Under the pieces are notes generated by a model. The model made no database searches. It worked only from the letters and a program-made list of their open reading frames with translations, and was not told the origin of the DNA. A program made the position numbers and the translations under genes. From positions 24,570 through 88,569 of the forward strand of contig JBFXJJ010000011.1 of NCBI GenBank assembly GCA_050175015.1: 64,000 nt of DNA. Reading direction: 5' to 3'. The stretch comes from Alphaproteobacteria bacterium. Lineage in GTDB: Bacteria > Pseudomonadota > Alphaproteobacteria > JBFXJJ01. Numbering within the stretch: the first letter of the stretch is position 1; the number at the start of each line of letters is the position of its first letter. Shown here piece after piece: positions 35,890 to 46,087 of the stretch.

Positions 35890-37764
35890 ATGCTTTCATT
35901 TTTCAGAAACATACAACACTCTATATTTATAAAAATTATTTTAGCGCTTACTGCCTTAAGTTTTATATCTTTGTTCGGCGTAAGCAGCTATTTAAGCCCA
36001 AATCCTGAGCAAGACACAGTTGTTGCTGTTGGCAGCACGCATATCTCTATTGGAGAGATAAGAAAAGATCTTAGCCAAGAGGTCCAACGTCTTAGCAATA
36101 TGTACGGTGACAACGTTGATATGGAAGATGCTATTAAATCTGGTGTTTTAAACTCTTTAATCAAAAAACTTGTTTCCAGAACCGTTTTGGATAAAACCGC
36201 AGAAGATTTAGGAATCAGCATCAGCGATTCGTCTTTACGCAAAGAAACTTTTAATACTCCACTGTTCCATGGTAACAATGGCAGTTTTGATAAAGCTGTG
36301 TTTAATCAGATGCTGCGCTTATCTGGTATGTCTGAAAATCAATATTTTGAAACATTAAGAGGCGATATTGCTAGAAAACATCTGCTCTCTGGAGCCTATG
36401 CCAACCCAGAAGCACCAAAGATTCTTGCCGAAAATTTATATAAGTACCGTAAAGAGAAAAGAATTGTTGATATTATCAACATCAAAACTTCGAGCATTAA
36501 CATCTCTGCAAAGCCGACCGCTGAGGAACTTCAGGATTATTATGAAAAGAACAAAGACAACTTTATGAACCCTGAATACCGCTCTCTAACAGCCATATGG
36601 TTATCACCAGCCAATATTGGAGCTAAAATAGAGGTAACAGACGCTGAAGCTAAAGAAATTTATGACAATGAAATCAGTGCTTATACGGTTCCTGAAGAAC
36701 GCTACATCTTACAAATGGTTTTTGATGATGAAGAAACCGCATTAAAAGCACAAAAGATGCTTAACGATAAAAAAGACTTTCTTGATGTTGCCAAAGAGCT
36801 TGCCAATCAAAGCAAAGAAGACAGCGAGTTAGGCTGGATTACGACCGAAACTCTGCTGGCAGAAGCTACTGAACCTGTTTTTGCTGCGGCAAAAGGTGAA
36901 ATTGTTGGCCCGATAAAATCCCAATTCGGCTATCACATTATGAAGGTCAACGACATTAAAGCTAAAGTTGTAACCCAATTTAAAGATGTTAAAGATCAAA
37001 TAATATCTAACGTAAAAAATGAAAGAGCCCTAGACCGTCTTTATGATGACGCTCGAAACCTTGAAGATATTCTTGGAAAAGGTACATCTTTAGAAGATGC
37101 TGCCAAAACAGGGGGATATGAACTAATCACTCTTAAAAAAATTGATGACAAAGGCTTATCCGATAAAGGCTCCGAAATTAAAAGCAAAATTATTTCTCCT
37201 TTATTTTTAGAAAAAGCTTTTGAGCTAATGGACGGTGAAGACAGTCTCTTAATAGAAACTGACAACGGTATGTTTGTTGTTAGAGTTGATGAGGTTATTG
37301 CCGCTCAGCCTAAAGAGCTTAAAGAAATAAAAAACCAGATTTTAAATCTTTGGCAAGCCGATAAAAAAATAGAAGCAGCAAGAGATAAAGCTGGCAAAGT
37401 ATTAGAAAGCCTAAATTCTGGAGAACTTGCTTCAGATGCCGCAAGAAAATTTGGTCTTTCTTATATTGTAAGTCCTGCATTTGTCAGAACAGAAACGGAA
37501 AAGCTGCCGCAGACTATTGTTGCTAGAAGCTTCATCTTAAATAAAGGCGAAAGCGCACTTGTTACAGTTGATAATGATTTTGCTGTAATTACTTTAAAGA
37601 ACGTTATTGAAGCCGATCCTGCAAAAGATACCAAAGGCGTTGAGGAAATAGCTCAAACTATAGGCAGTAATATTGCCGAAGATTTAGGAAGCGCCTTAAT
37701 TTCAGCTTTCAGCCAACAATATTCAATTAAAATAAAACAAGATAAGATTGATGAAACTTTTTAG
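35890..37764 (+). CDS. ppiD: Periplasmic chaperone PpiD (SurA N-domain + parvulin)
   Basis: N-terminal TM, PEYRS, GPIKSQFGYHI; tpiA-ppiD-trpE context. Confidence 0.85.
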   Translation: MLSFFRNIQHSIFIKIILALTALSFISLFGVSSYLSPNPEQDTVVAVGSTHISIGEIRKDLSQEVQRLSNMYGDNVDMEDAIKSGVLNSLIKKLVSRTVLDKTAEDLGISISDSSLRKETFNTPLFHGNNGSFDKAVFNQMLRLSGMSENQYFETLRGDIARKHLLSGAYANPEAPKILAENLYKYRKEKRIVDIINIKTSSINISAKPTAEELQDYYEKNKDNFMNPEYRSLTAIWLSPANIGAKIEVTDAEAKEIYDNEISAYTVPEERYILQMVFDDEETALKAQKMLNDKKDFLDVAKELANQSKEDSELGWITTETLLAEATEPVFAAAKGEIVGPIKSQFGYHIMKVNDIKAKVVTQFKDVKDQIISNVKNERALDRLYDDARNLEDILGKGTSLEDAAKTGGYELITLKKIDDKGLSDKGSEIKSKIISPLFLEKAFELMDGEDSLLIETDNGMFVVRVDEVIAAQPKELKEIKNQILNLWQADKKIEAARDKAGKVLESLNSGELASDAARKFGLSYIVSPAFVRTETEKLPQTIVARSFILNKGESALVTVDNDFAVITLKNVIEADPAKDTKGVEEIAQTIGSNIAEDLGSALISAFSQQYSIKIKQDKIDETF

Positions 37765-37773
37765 GACTTTGCA

Positions 37774-39258
37774 ATGAGTATTAACCCTGATTTTGAAAAT
37801 TTTTGTAATGTATATAACAAAAAAGAATCTCAGGTTATCTGGCAAAGTTTAATTGCAGATCTCGAAACACCCGTGTCAGCTATGTTAAAAGCTGCCCAAG
37901 GTCTTCCTAACAGTTTTCTTTTGGAATCCGTTGAAGGCGGAGCTTTTAAAGGCAGGTATTCTTTTATAGGATTAGAACCTGATTTAATCTGGCGCTGTGA
38001 GGGCAATCAAGCCGAAATCAACCGTCAGGCTCTAAATGATAAAAATGCTTTTGTAAAAGTCAACGACAACAACGCCCTTGCTTCCTTAAGACAGCTAATC
38101 AAAGAAATTTATATTAACCTGCCCGCAAATCTGCCACCTATGTCAGCGGGATTGGTTGGATATATGACTTATGATGCGATAAGAATGATTGAGAAAATTC
38201 CTTGCAAGAATCCTGATGAAATTAACATTCCTGACAGCATTTTTATCCGTCCAACTATTACCATCGTTTTTGATAATATTGAAAATATTGTTCATATTGT
38301 AACCCCTGTTTACTATGATGAAAAGAATGATGCCAAGACAGCTTATGATAATGCTTTAAGCCGTTTATCAAAAACGGTTGTTAAACTTGATCAAAAGTTA
38401 GTTTCTCACCCTGAAGAAACCACAACAACTGAGATTGCTCCCCAATCGAATATGACATTGGAAGCTTTCAAAAATATGATTAATAAAGCAAAAGAATACA
38501 TAAACGCTGGCGACATTTTTCAGGTTGTATTATCTCAACGTTTCAAAATTCCTTTTAACAAAAATCCTTTTGGACTTTATCGGGCATTACGCAGAACTAA
38601 TCCATCTCCGTTTTTATTCTTTTTAAATTTTGATGATTTTGCGTTAATTGGTTCCAGTCCTGAAATTCTGGTAAGACTTCGGAATAAGAAAATAACTATC
38701 AGACCGATTGCAGGTACACGGAAAAGAGGACAAACACCTCAAGAAGACGCTTTCCTTGCTAAAGATTTACTGCAAGATGAAAAAGAGCTTGCTGAACATC
38801 TTATGCTGCTTGACTTAGGCAGGAATGATGTTGGAAGAGCTTCAAAAGTAGGAACTGTAAAAGTAACAGAGAAGATGATTATAGAATATTACTCTCACGT
38901 TATGCATATTGTTTCTAATGTCGAAGGTGAAATCAGAGAAGGTCTTGATGCCGTAGATGTTCTAATGGCAGGCTTTCCTGCTGGTACCGTAAGCGGCGCA
39001 CCTAAAGTTCGCGCTATGGAAATTATTGATGAGCTAGAGAATATTAAACGCAGTTTCTATGCTGGAACTATCGGCTATATATCTGCTAATGGTGATATGG
39101 ATACCTGCATTGCCTTGAGAACTTCGCTCGTTAAAAACAACACCATTTATGCCCAAGCTGGCGCAGGAATTGTTGCCGACAGCGATCCTGAAATGGAATA
39201 TCAAGAAACAATCAATAAAGCGATGGCTCTAATAAAAGCTGCTAAAGAAGCTCTTTAA
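37774..39258 (+). CDS. trpE: Anthranilate synthase component I
   Basis: LLESVEGG, GDIFQVVLSQR, NPSPF, AEHLMLLDLGRND, SGAPKVRAM. Confidence 0.92.
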   Translation: MSINPDFENFCNVYNKKESQVIWQSLIADLETPVSAMLKAAQGLPNSFLLESVEGGAFKGRYSFIGLEPDLIWRCEGNQAEINRQALNDKNAFVKVNDNNALASLRQLIKEIYINLPANLPPMSAGLVGYMTYDAIRMIEKIPCKNPDEINIPDSIFIRPTITIVFDNIENIVHIVTPVYYDEKNDAKTAYDNALSRLSKTVVKLDQKLVSHPEETTTTEIAPQSNMTLEAFKNMINKAKEYINAGDIFQVVLSQRFKIPFNKNPFGLYRALRRTNPSPFLFFLNFDDFALIGSSPEILVRLRNKKITIRPIAGTRKRGQTPQEDAFLAKDLLQDEKELAEHLMLLDLGRNDVGRASKVGTVKVTEKMIIEYYSHVMHIVSNVEGEIREGLDAVDVLMAGFPAGTVSGAPKVRAMEIIDELENIKRSFYAGTIGYISANGDMDTCIALRTSLVKNNTIYAQAGAGIVADSDPEMEYQETINKAMALIKAAKEAL

Positions 39259-39386
39259 TTATTTAACCTCAATTATTGCTGAAATAGAGCGTTTAGCCTT
39301 TGGTCATAATGTTTTATTTTGCCTGACAGCAAACGTCTGCCGACAGCCTTCTTTTAAAAAGCAAAAACAAAAATTTTTTTTATAAT

Positions 39387-40706
39387 TTATTTAACTTCAG
39401 TTTCGGTTTCTTCTTCAACATCAGTTTTAACAAACTCTATTTCGCCCTTAACTATGATTAATTTAATCAGGGTCGGAATAGGAATTGTTGTTAATATTGA
39501 AAGGCAAACAATCGCATTAAAAAATCTAACATCGATCATTTGGAGTTGGAGAGCAACTGAAGCCGCCGCAAGAGTTGCCGATAACTGCGGCACGGTCATA
39601 AGCCCTGCACAAAGCCCTTTTTTGTTATCAAAACCTGATATTCTCATAGCAAGCCAGCCCGATACAACTTTGCTTGTTAACAATGCTGCTAGCGTTAACA
39701 ATACTATTGCAAAATTTTCTTTTGCCGAAAACAAAATGGGAAGATCGGTTTTCATTCCTATGGATAAAAACAAAAACGGAATCAACATTCCATAGCCCAT
39801 ACCTTCAATTTTTTTGTGAAGAATTGAGCTATAATCGTGAAAGCCGTCGGTTCTTGTAAGCGCCATACCAGCAACGAAGGCGCCAACGATAACACTGATA
39901 CCTAAAAGCTCACCAATAAGCACGACCACCATAACCCCAACTAGGAAAAAGGTTAATCGGCTGTCATCGTGAGGAGAAATTCTTTCAAAAACATATTTCC
40001 CTAGCTTAGGAAGTATCCAGATTGTAAGCCCAATGAATGCTGTAACAACGAGAATAAACAATGGAATAAAATAATTGCCTAAAAGTTTGGGATCAAGTTT
40101 ATCAAATAAGGAAATACTGTTAGGAACATCACTTGTTATGCTTTGTCTTTTCATTTGAATACATACGGCAAGCAGAACTAAACTAACAATATCTGTAATT
40201 ACCGTTGAAGCGAGAACACTTATACCAAATCTTGTCTTAACGACTTTTAGTTCCTTAATAATTGGGAAAACTAACCCGACAGCGTGTGAAGCAAACAACG
40301 AAGCATAAACAAGTTTACCGATATTATCTTTGGGCATAAATGCGCCATAAACAAAATAACCCGCAACCGCAGGAATAGCCAAAGTTAAAAAGCTTAACCA
40401 AAAAACAGCCTTTTTTTCACTTTTTATAATATCAACTTCAACTTCCATACCAGCCAGTGCCATCAGAAAAACCAAACCTAGGAGTCCAATAGAATCGATA
40501 ATGAAATAAAAACTCTCGGTATCAGAACCACTTTCCATTATACGATTTAAAAATGATATTAAATCAAAAGCATTTGGACCTATTGCCATACCTATAAGCA
40601 AAATACAAACAACCGATGGAATATGTACCATTCTCGCTATTTGAGGAAGTATTGCTGATAAGGACATCAGGAAAAGAAAGATTAATAGAAAAGTCATACC
40701 TTCCAT
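39387..40706 (-). CDS. Cation:proton antiporter (CPA2 family)
   Basis: ~12 TMs; GLVFLMALAGME, IVGAFVAG, IPFLFLSIG. Confidence 0.82.
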   Translation of the reverse strand: MEGMTFLLIFLFLMSLSAILPQIARMVHIPSVVCILLIGMAIGPNAFDLISFLNRIMESGSDTESFYFIIDSIGLLGLVFLMALAGMEVEVDIIKSEKKAVFWLSFLTLAIPAVAGYFVYGAFMPKDNIGKLVYASLFASHAVGLVFPIIKELKVVKTRFGISVLASTVITDIVSLVLLAVCIQMKRQSITSDVPNSISLFDKLDPKLLGNYFIPLFILVVTAFIGLTIWILPKLGKYVFERISPHDDSRLTFFLVGVMVVVLIGELLGISVIVGAFVAGMALTRTDGFHDYSSILHKKIEGMGYGMLIPFLFLSIGMKTDLPILFSAKENFAIVLLTLAALLTSKVVSGWLAMRISGFDNKKGLCAGLMTVPQLSATLAAASVALQLQMIDVRFFNAIVCLSILTTIPIPTLIKLIIVKGEIEFVKTDVEEETETEVK

Positions 40707-40805
40707 TTTTTTTATCCTTGTTCGTATTTCGTTGATTAAATTTATTAGTATTATATTCTAAACAAGTGTGAATAAAATAAAAAAAAGAACAGGAGCATAA
40801 TTTAA

Positions 40806-42281
40806 GTGCTTAAAAATATTTTGGCGTCTATTGCCGCCTTACTCTTAGGCGTGTTTTTTGTAACAGTTGGGATTGGTCTTCTTAATACTTCTCTAAGCGT
40901 AAAAATGGAACAAGCTGGACTTGTCGTAACTGTTTCTGGTTTGGTTCAATCATGCTATTTTATCGGCTTAACTCTTGGTTCGATGTATAGCTATAAAATT
41001 ATTGGAAGGGTAGGCTATATCCGGTCTTTTGCCGCTTTTGCCTCATTAGTTTCAGCCGTAACGTTAATCCACGGCTTTAGGGTTGAACCTTATTCTTGGG
41101 CGGGACTTCGTTTTGTTGAAGGTTTTTCTATTGCTGGACTTCTGACTTGTATCGAAAGCTGGCTCAACGTAGTCGCAGAAAACAAAACCCGTGGTCTTAT
41201 TTTATCTTTTTACATGATTACCTATTATATAGGCATTGCGGTGGGACAATATCTTTTGACTACCCCAGATTCCTCTGGATTCACTTTTTATATTATGTCA
41301 TCAATATTGCTTTCAATATCTTTGGTGCCTATTGTCCTAACAAAAGTTTCAGCTCCAGATATATCAAGTCCAGATCCACTGCCATTTAAAAAACTTTGGA
41401 AAATTTCTCCTATTGGGGTTATGGGTTGCATATCTTGCGGTCTCACAACTGGAGCTTTTTACAGCTTAGGAGCAACTTTTGCTTATAGCTCTGGTCTTAG
41501 CTTAAACCAAACATCATATTTTATGCTTGCAACAGTTTGTGGCGGTTTCCTCTTACAGTGGCCTATAGGAAAAATTTCTGATTATAAAGACCGAAGAATT
41601 ATCTTGATTATCATAAGCGTTTTAGTTGCGATTATTTCTTTTGCTCTTATTCTCATAGGAGTTAATAATTTTGCTACTCTTTTATGGCTACTTGTGCTTT
41701 TTGGCGGCACACTTTTCTGCGTCTACCCAGTAAGTATTTCTTATGCCAACGACTTCATAAAAAAGGAAGAATCTGTCTCGGCAAGCGGCGGTTTGATGTT
41801 AGCGTATAGTGTTGGAGCTATAGGAGGACCAATAATAGCTTCATTATTTATGCGCTATCTTGGAAACAATGGTTTTTTCTGGCATATGGCTATTACTTCT
41901 TTGGGATTTGCAGGGCTTTGTTTTTATCGAATGTATTATGCTAAAAGAACGCCAGATGATACAACGGCATTTTATGCTCTGCCTCAATACACAACACCTG
42001 TTATGAGCGAATTAGATCCTCGTTCCGACGCCGTTATCGATAATGTAGAAACGTCTTCAACTAAAGAACTAGATAAAGAAGAACTTGTCTCAGCCAAGTC
42101 TTTAGATGACAATGAGGGAAACAACGAATCCAACAATAATGATGCCCTAGATACCAATTCTTCAAAGATTGAACTCCAAGAAAAAAAGAGTTCAACCAAG
42201 AAAAATAAAAAACCGAAAACTAAAAAACCTCAAAATAAGAGTTCTTCTAAAAAAACACGAAAAAAACTAACCAAAAAATAA
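40806..42281 (+). CDS. MFS transporter (YcaD-like) with charged C-terminal tail
   Basis: 12 TMs; RVGYIRSFAAF, IESWLN, QWPIGKISD. Confidence 0.88.
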   Translation: MLKNILASIAALLLGVFFVTVGIGLLNTSLSVKMEQAGLVVTVSGLVQSCYFIGLTLGSMYSYKIIGRVGYIRSFAAFASLVSAVTLIHGFRVEPYSWAGLRFVEGFSIAGLLTCIESWLNVVAENKTRGLILSFYMITYYIGIAVGQYLLTTPDSSGFTFYIMSSILLSISLVPIVLTKVSAPDISSPDPLPFKKLWKISPIGVMGCISCGLTTGAFYSLGATFAYSSGLSLNQTSYFMLATVCGGFLLQWPIGKISDYKDRRIILIIISVLVAIISFALILIGVNNFATLLWLLVLFGGTLFCVYPVSISYANDFIKKEESVSASGGLMLAYSVGAIGGPIIASLFMRYLGNNGFFWHMAITSLGFAGLCFYRMYYAKRTPDDTTAFYALPQYTTPVMSELDPRSDAVIDNVETSSTKELDKEELVSAKSLDDNEGNNESNNNDALDTNSSKIELQEKKSSTKKNKKPKTKKPQNKSSSKKTRKKLTKK

Positions 42282-42295
42282 AAAAATTATAAAAA

Positions 42296-42325
42296 CAAGG
42301 AACAGCAAAAAAAGCCTGTTCCTTG
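42296..42325 (+). terminator. Hairpin downstream of MFS gene
   Basis: CAAGGAACAG/CTGTTCCTTG perfect 10-bp stem. Confidence 0.6.
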
Positions 42326-42662
42326 CTTCATTATATGCACTAGTGTTTTAGCCAAACCTTATGACCACATAAAGCTTATAAAGCCTTTGCTCTATTAAAC
42401 GTAATTAACAATCAAAAAATTTATATGATGCTCATATCAGAACGATGATGATATGCCGCAACTAAGATACCGACCAAGCTAGCCTTATGAAGCTTAATAA
42501 TTTAGCATATATATCCAAGTAAAAATGAATTTGCTAATCAAAAGCACTACAAGTTTTTGCTTTTTAAGAACTCTTAAAAAAATGGGCTCGATTTGCCTCA
42601 AGATAAAATAAGGCAAAAAAAAACCAGACTGCTAAAAAGCTATCTGGATTCTTTAAATTAAA

Positions 42663-42740
42663 TGGCGGGAGCGACGGGGCTCGAACCCGCGACCTACGGC
42701 GTGACAGGCCGTCACTCTAACCAATCTGAGCTACGCCCCC
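42663..42740 (-). tRNA. tRNA-Asp (GTC)
   Basis: GGGGGCG acceptor stem, TAGCTCAG, anticodon loop CT-GTC-AC, GGTTCGAG, encoded CCA. Confidence 0.96.
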
Positions 42741-42811
42741 GCATTGGTTTAAAATATATAGCAATTAAACTAATTACTTGGCAAGAGTTTTTTTTAAAAA
42801 AAACAAAAAAA

Positions 42812-44428
42812 TTATCTTCCCATCTGCTTCTTAATTGCCTCGGCAACAACAGCCTTTTTAGCTTGTCCTTTTTTTACCTTTGTTTTGTATGCTTCAATAA
42901 CTTTTTTAACATTACTAAGATGTTCATCTCTGTTCTCAACATTGGCTTCTGCACTGCGTTCAGTTCGGCGAAAAGGAACGCCGCCCTTGCCCCTTGAAGG
43001 CTTCTGCTCAACAACAGCTTCTTCCGCTTCCCACTTGCTTCCTTCTTTTTTATTAGAAATAACCCAATTAGGAGTTTTAACTTCATATAATTCTAAGCCT
43101 TTATCAGTAAGCTTAAATGTCATTCCATTTAATGGGACAGATGAAACATTAAAGCCTGCTGCAGTCATAGTCTCTACAAAGCTTTGTCCTCTATCCTGAT
43201 GACAATGAGTTGGAGCTATCATTTTGGCTTTGGTAAGATTAGCAAACACAAGCATATCTTCTTTTTGAGCGTGACCACTGCCTGAAATGTTCTCAAAATC
43301 CTGCGATGTTATAATTTCGGCACCAAACTTAGCCGCATTCTTGCGCATTTCATCAGAAACATGGCGAGACTCAACTAAAATCAAGGCATTTTTTTCAACT
43401 TCAAAAGGAGCTTTTTTCCCTGCCAATGCTTTATCTAAATAAGAACTCTCTCGATAACTTCCAGAAGTTACAATCATTTTCTTATCAGAAGACGTTGTTT
43501 TGGCTTTTAATGATTTAACATCACAAAGAGAGAGCTTGCCGCCAAATGTAATATCATAGCCAGCCTTTTTTAGCCCTCTAAGATGCGATATTTGATAAGG
43601 CGTTCCAGCATTAACAACCGTTCTGCCACAACTCCCTCCTGCTCTAAAAATAGAAGCATATCTTTCCATATGACCACCAGAAGCGGCGACAATAACCTGA
43701 CGTCCCTCGGCTTTTTTGATTAATTCAAAATACGCCTTTTCAATTTTTTCTTCTTCTCTAGCGTAGCCTTTTTGGAACACCGTCGTAGCATCGGCAACCA
43801 TAGCATCAACGCCTTCTTTGCCGATTTCCTCTAAACGTTTTAAATCTGATCCCTTACCCAGTTTAGTGGTTTGATCAACTTTAAAATCACCCGTATGGAA
43901 CATATTGCCTTTTTCTGTTTTGATAAAGAAACCAAAAGCATCAGGAACCGAATGGCTGACAGATACTGCCTCTAAAGACATTTTTCCGATTTTAATTTTG
44001 GAACCAGCATCAATTTTTTCAATTTTAGGCCATTTTTTGAGAGGAATCTTTTTATCAGCAAAAGATCTTTTAAGCATTGATATTGTAAAACTGCCCGCAT
44101 AAATTGGAGGCAGGTCATAACCGAGTTTTACATATTCCGCAACCGCACCAATATGATCAATATGGGCGTGAGTAAGTAATATAGCTCCAGCTTTTTTCTC
44201 TTTTATAAGGTCTCGAACATCCGCAAAAGCGGCCTCAGCTTTGTCTTTTCCTAAACCGTCATAATTATCGAAAATACCAAGATCAATAATAACACCGTCA
44301 TCCTGAGACTTCCCTTCTTTATCAGATGTAACGACGTTGTAGTAATGGCAGTTGCCACTAAATTGATCAATATTGTTACCACCAAGCGGAGTCCAAAATA
44401 AGCCTTCTTTATTATTATCTTTTGCCAT
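42812..44428 (-). CDS. Divergent ribonuclease J-like MBL/beta-CASP protein
   Basis: TPLGG, IIDLG, THAHIDHIG, SHSVPD, HTGDFK, SGSGHA. Confidence 0.75.
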   Translation of the reverse strand: MAKDNNKEGLFWTPLGGNNIDQFSGNCHYYNVVTSDKEGKSQDDGVIIDLGIFDNYDGLGKDKAEAAFADVRDLIKEKKAGAILLTHAHIDHIGAVAEYVKLGYDLPPIYAGSFTISMLKRSFADKKIPLKKWPKIEKIDAGSKIKIGKMSLEAVSVSHSVPDAFGFFIKTEKGNMFHTGDFKVDQTTKLGKGSDLKRLEEIGKEGVDAMVADATTVFQKGYAREEEKIEKAYFELIKKAEGRQVIVAASGGHMERYASIFRAGGSCGRTVVNAGTPYQISHLRGLKKAGYDITFGGKLSLCDVKSLKAKTTSSDKKMIVTSGSYRESSYLDKALAGKKAPFEVEKNALILVESRHVSDEMRKNAAKFGAEIITSQDFENISGSGHAQKEDMLVFANLTKAKMIAPTHCHQDRGQSFVETMTAAGFNVSSVPLNGMTFKLTDKGLELYEVKTPNWVISNKKEGSKWEAEEAVVEQKPSRGKGGVPFRRTERSAEANVENRDEHLSNVKKVIEAYKTKVKKGQAKKAVVAEAIKKQMGR

Positions 44429-44452
44429 ATCAAAACCCTTTTTTAGTTATTC

Positions 44453-44692
44453 CTAAGCATAAGCATCAAACATACTATCGTCATAACCTGTGCCATCTGC
44501 GATTTGTGCCCAAAGATTAACTATAGCATCTATCACGTCCATATCTTCGGGTCTATCAGTACCCTCAAAATCTTCTAATGAATGAACAAGCTCTATGACT
44601 TCATCGTCTGTAATATTTACTAAATCTACCTCTTGATATCTTTCAGCAAGAGCATCCGCTATTTTGTCGTAATCTTCCCAAGTTATTTTCAT
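44453..44692 (-). CDS. iscX: Fe-S cluster assembly protein IscX-like
   Basis: ITWEDYDKIADALAERY...LEDF...IVNLW acidic small protein. Confidence 0.75.
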   Translation of the reverse strand: MKITWEDYDKIADALAERYQEVDLVNITDDEVIELVHSLEDFEGTDRPEDMDVIDAIVNLWAQIADGTGYDDSMFDAYA

Positions 44693-44876
44693 AATATATC
44701 CTTAAATATTATAGAGTTATATTTTAGTTTGTTTTGTCTAATTGTCAAATAAATTCTACAAGTCTGAATTAACTTAAGCCTTTTGAAAAAACAGGCATAA
44801 AAAAATCAGTTTAACTAGATTTTATTTACCTAAAAACCCTTAGTCAAACTGATTTCTTTAAATTGCTTAACAAATT

Positions 44877-46073
44877 TTATTTGTTGATTAATCTAACCGT
44901 ATCTTTTGCTATTAAAAGCTCTTCATCTGTTGGAACAACCATTGCCTTAACTTTAGAATTTTTGGTGCTAATGAATGTTGTGCCTCTAGTATTATTAGCT
45001 TCTTTATCAAGCTCTAAACCGATATAGCTGAAGTTTTCCAACACTTTTTCTCTAAGAAGCGGGCTGTTTTCTCCAACCCCTGCTGTAAATAATATGACAT
45101 CAACACCATTCATAGCAGCACAATAAGCTCCTATATATTTTACAATGTGGTAGATATACATATCAAAAGCTTCAACATCTTCTTTCTTTCCTTCGAAATA
45201 ACCATTTTCGACATCTCGCATATCACTGTGACCAGCAATAGCAAGCATACCGCTTTGTTTATTAAGAAGATTGTTTACTTCATCAACGCTGAGCCCTTGT
45301 GTCTTCATTATGTGGAGAGGAATGTAAGGGTCAATATCACCAGCACGAGTTCCCATCATTAAACCTGCAAGCGGAGTAAGCCCCATTGAGGTATCAAGAA
45401 CTTTACCATCTTGAAATGCCGCCAAAGATGCGCCATTTCCGATATGACAAGAAATAAGTTTTATATCTTTTAAAGGCGTACCTAATATCTCGGCAGCTTT
45501 GCTAGAAACAAAAGAATGCGATGTGCCATGGAAGCCATAACGTCTAATTTTGTGTTTGGTATATTGCTCCATAGGAAGCGGATATAAATAAGCTTTTGGA
45601 GGCATACTTTGATGAACAGCCGTATCAAAAACTGCAACTTGAGGAACAGACGGCATAATTTCTTTTATAGCATCAATTCCCATTAAATTAGCAGGATTAT
45701 GTAAAGGTCCTAAAACGATATTGTCTTTAATAGCCTTCTCAACTTTTTCGTTTACTAAAGCGGACTCTGTAAAATCACTGCCTCCGTGAAGAACTCTATG
45801 CCCCACACCAATTATTTCTGAAATATCTTTAAGAACCCCGCAGACAGGATCCACTAAAAGCTTCATAATTTCATCAATAGCATCTTTATGCGTCGGCAGA
45901 GGCATCTCTTTTTTTACGGTGTCTTTGCCAACAGGAGAATGTTTTAGAAATGAACCAGAAATAGCAATTCTTTCTGCTCCACCGCTAGCTATAGATTTAT
46001 ATTCGTTTGCGGCTACATCATAAAGCTTATATTTAATAGAAGATGAACCGGAATTTAGAACAAGAATTTTCAT
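44877..46073 (-). CDS. ackA: Acetate kinase
   Basis: LNSGSSSIK, GHRVLHGG, YGFHGTSH, CHIGNGAS, PTDEE. Confidence 0.96.
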   Translation of the reverse strand: MKILVLNSGSSSIKYKLYDVAANEYKSIASGGAERIAISGSFLKHSPVGKDTVKKEMPLPTHKDAIDEIMKLLVDPVCGVLKDISEIIGVGHRVLHGGSDFTESALVNEKVEKAIKDNIVLGPLHNPANLMGIDAIKEIMPSVPQVAVFDTAVHQSMPPKAYLYPLPMEQYTKHKIRRYGFHGTSHSFVSSKAAEILGTPLKDIKLISCHIGNGASLAAFQDGKVLDTSMGLTPLAGLMMGTRAGDIDPYIPLHIMKTQGLSVDEVNNLLNKQSGMLAIAGHSDMRDVENGYFEGKKEDVEAFDMYIYHIVKYIGAYCAAMNGVDVILFTAGVGENSPLLREKVLENFSYIGLELDKEANNTRGTTFISTKNSKVKAMVVPTDEELLIAKDTVRLINK

Positions 46074-46087
46074 TTTAAAACTAACCT

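Noticed and set aside
42662-42997. 111-aa ORF MAGATGLEPAT...
   Set aside because: Antisense translation of tRNA-Asp
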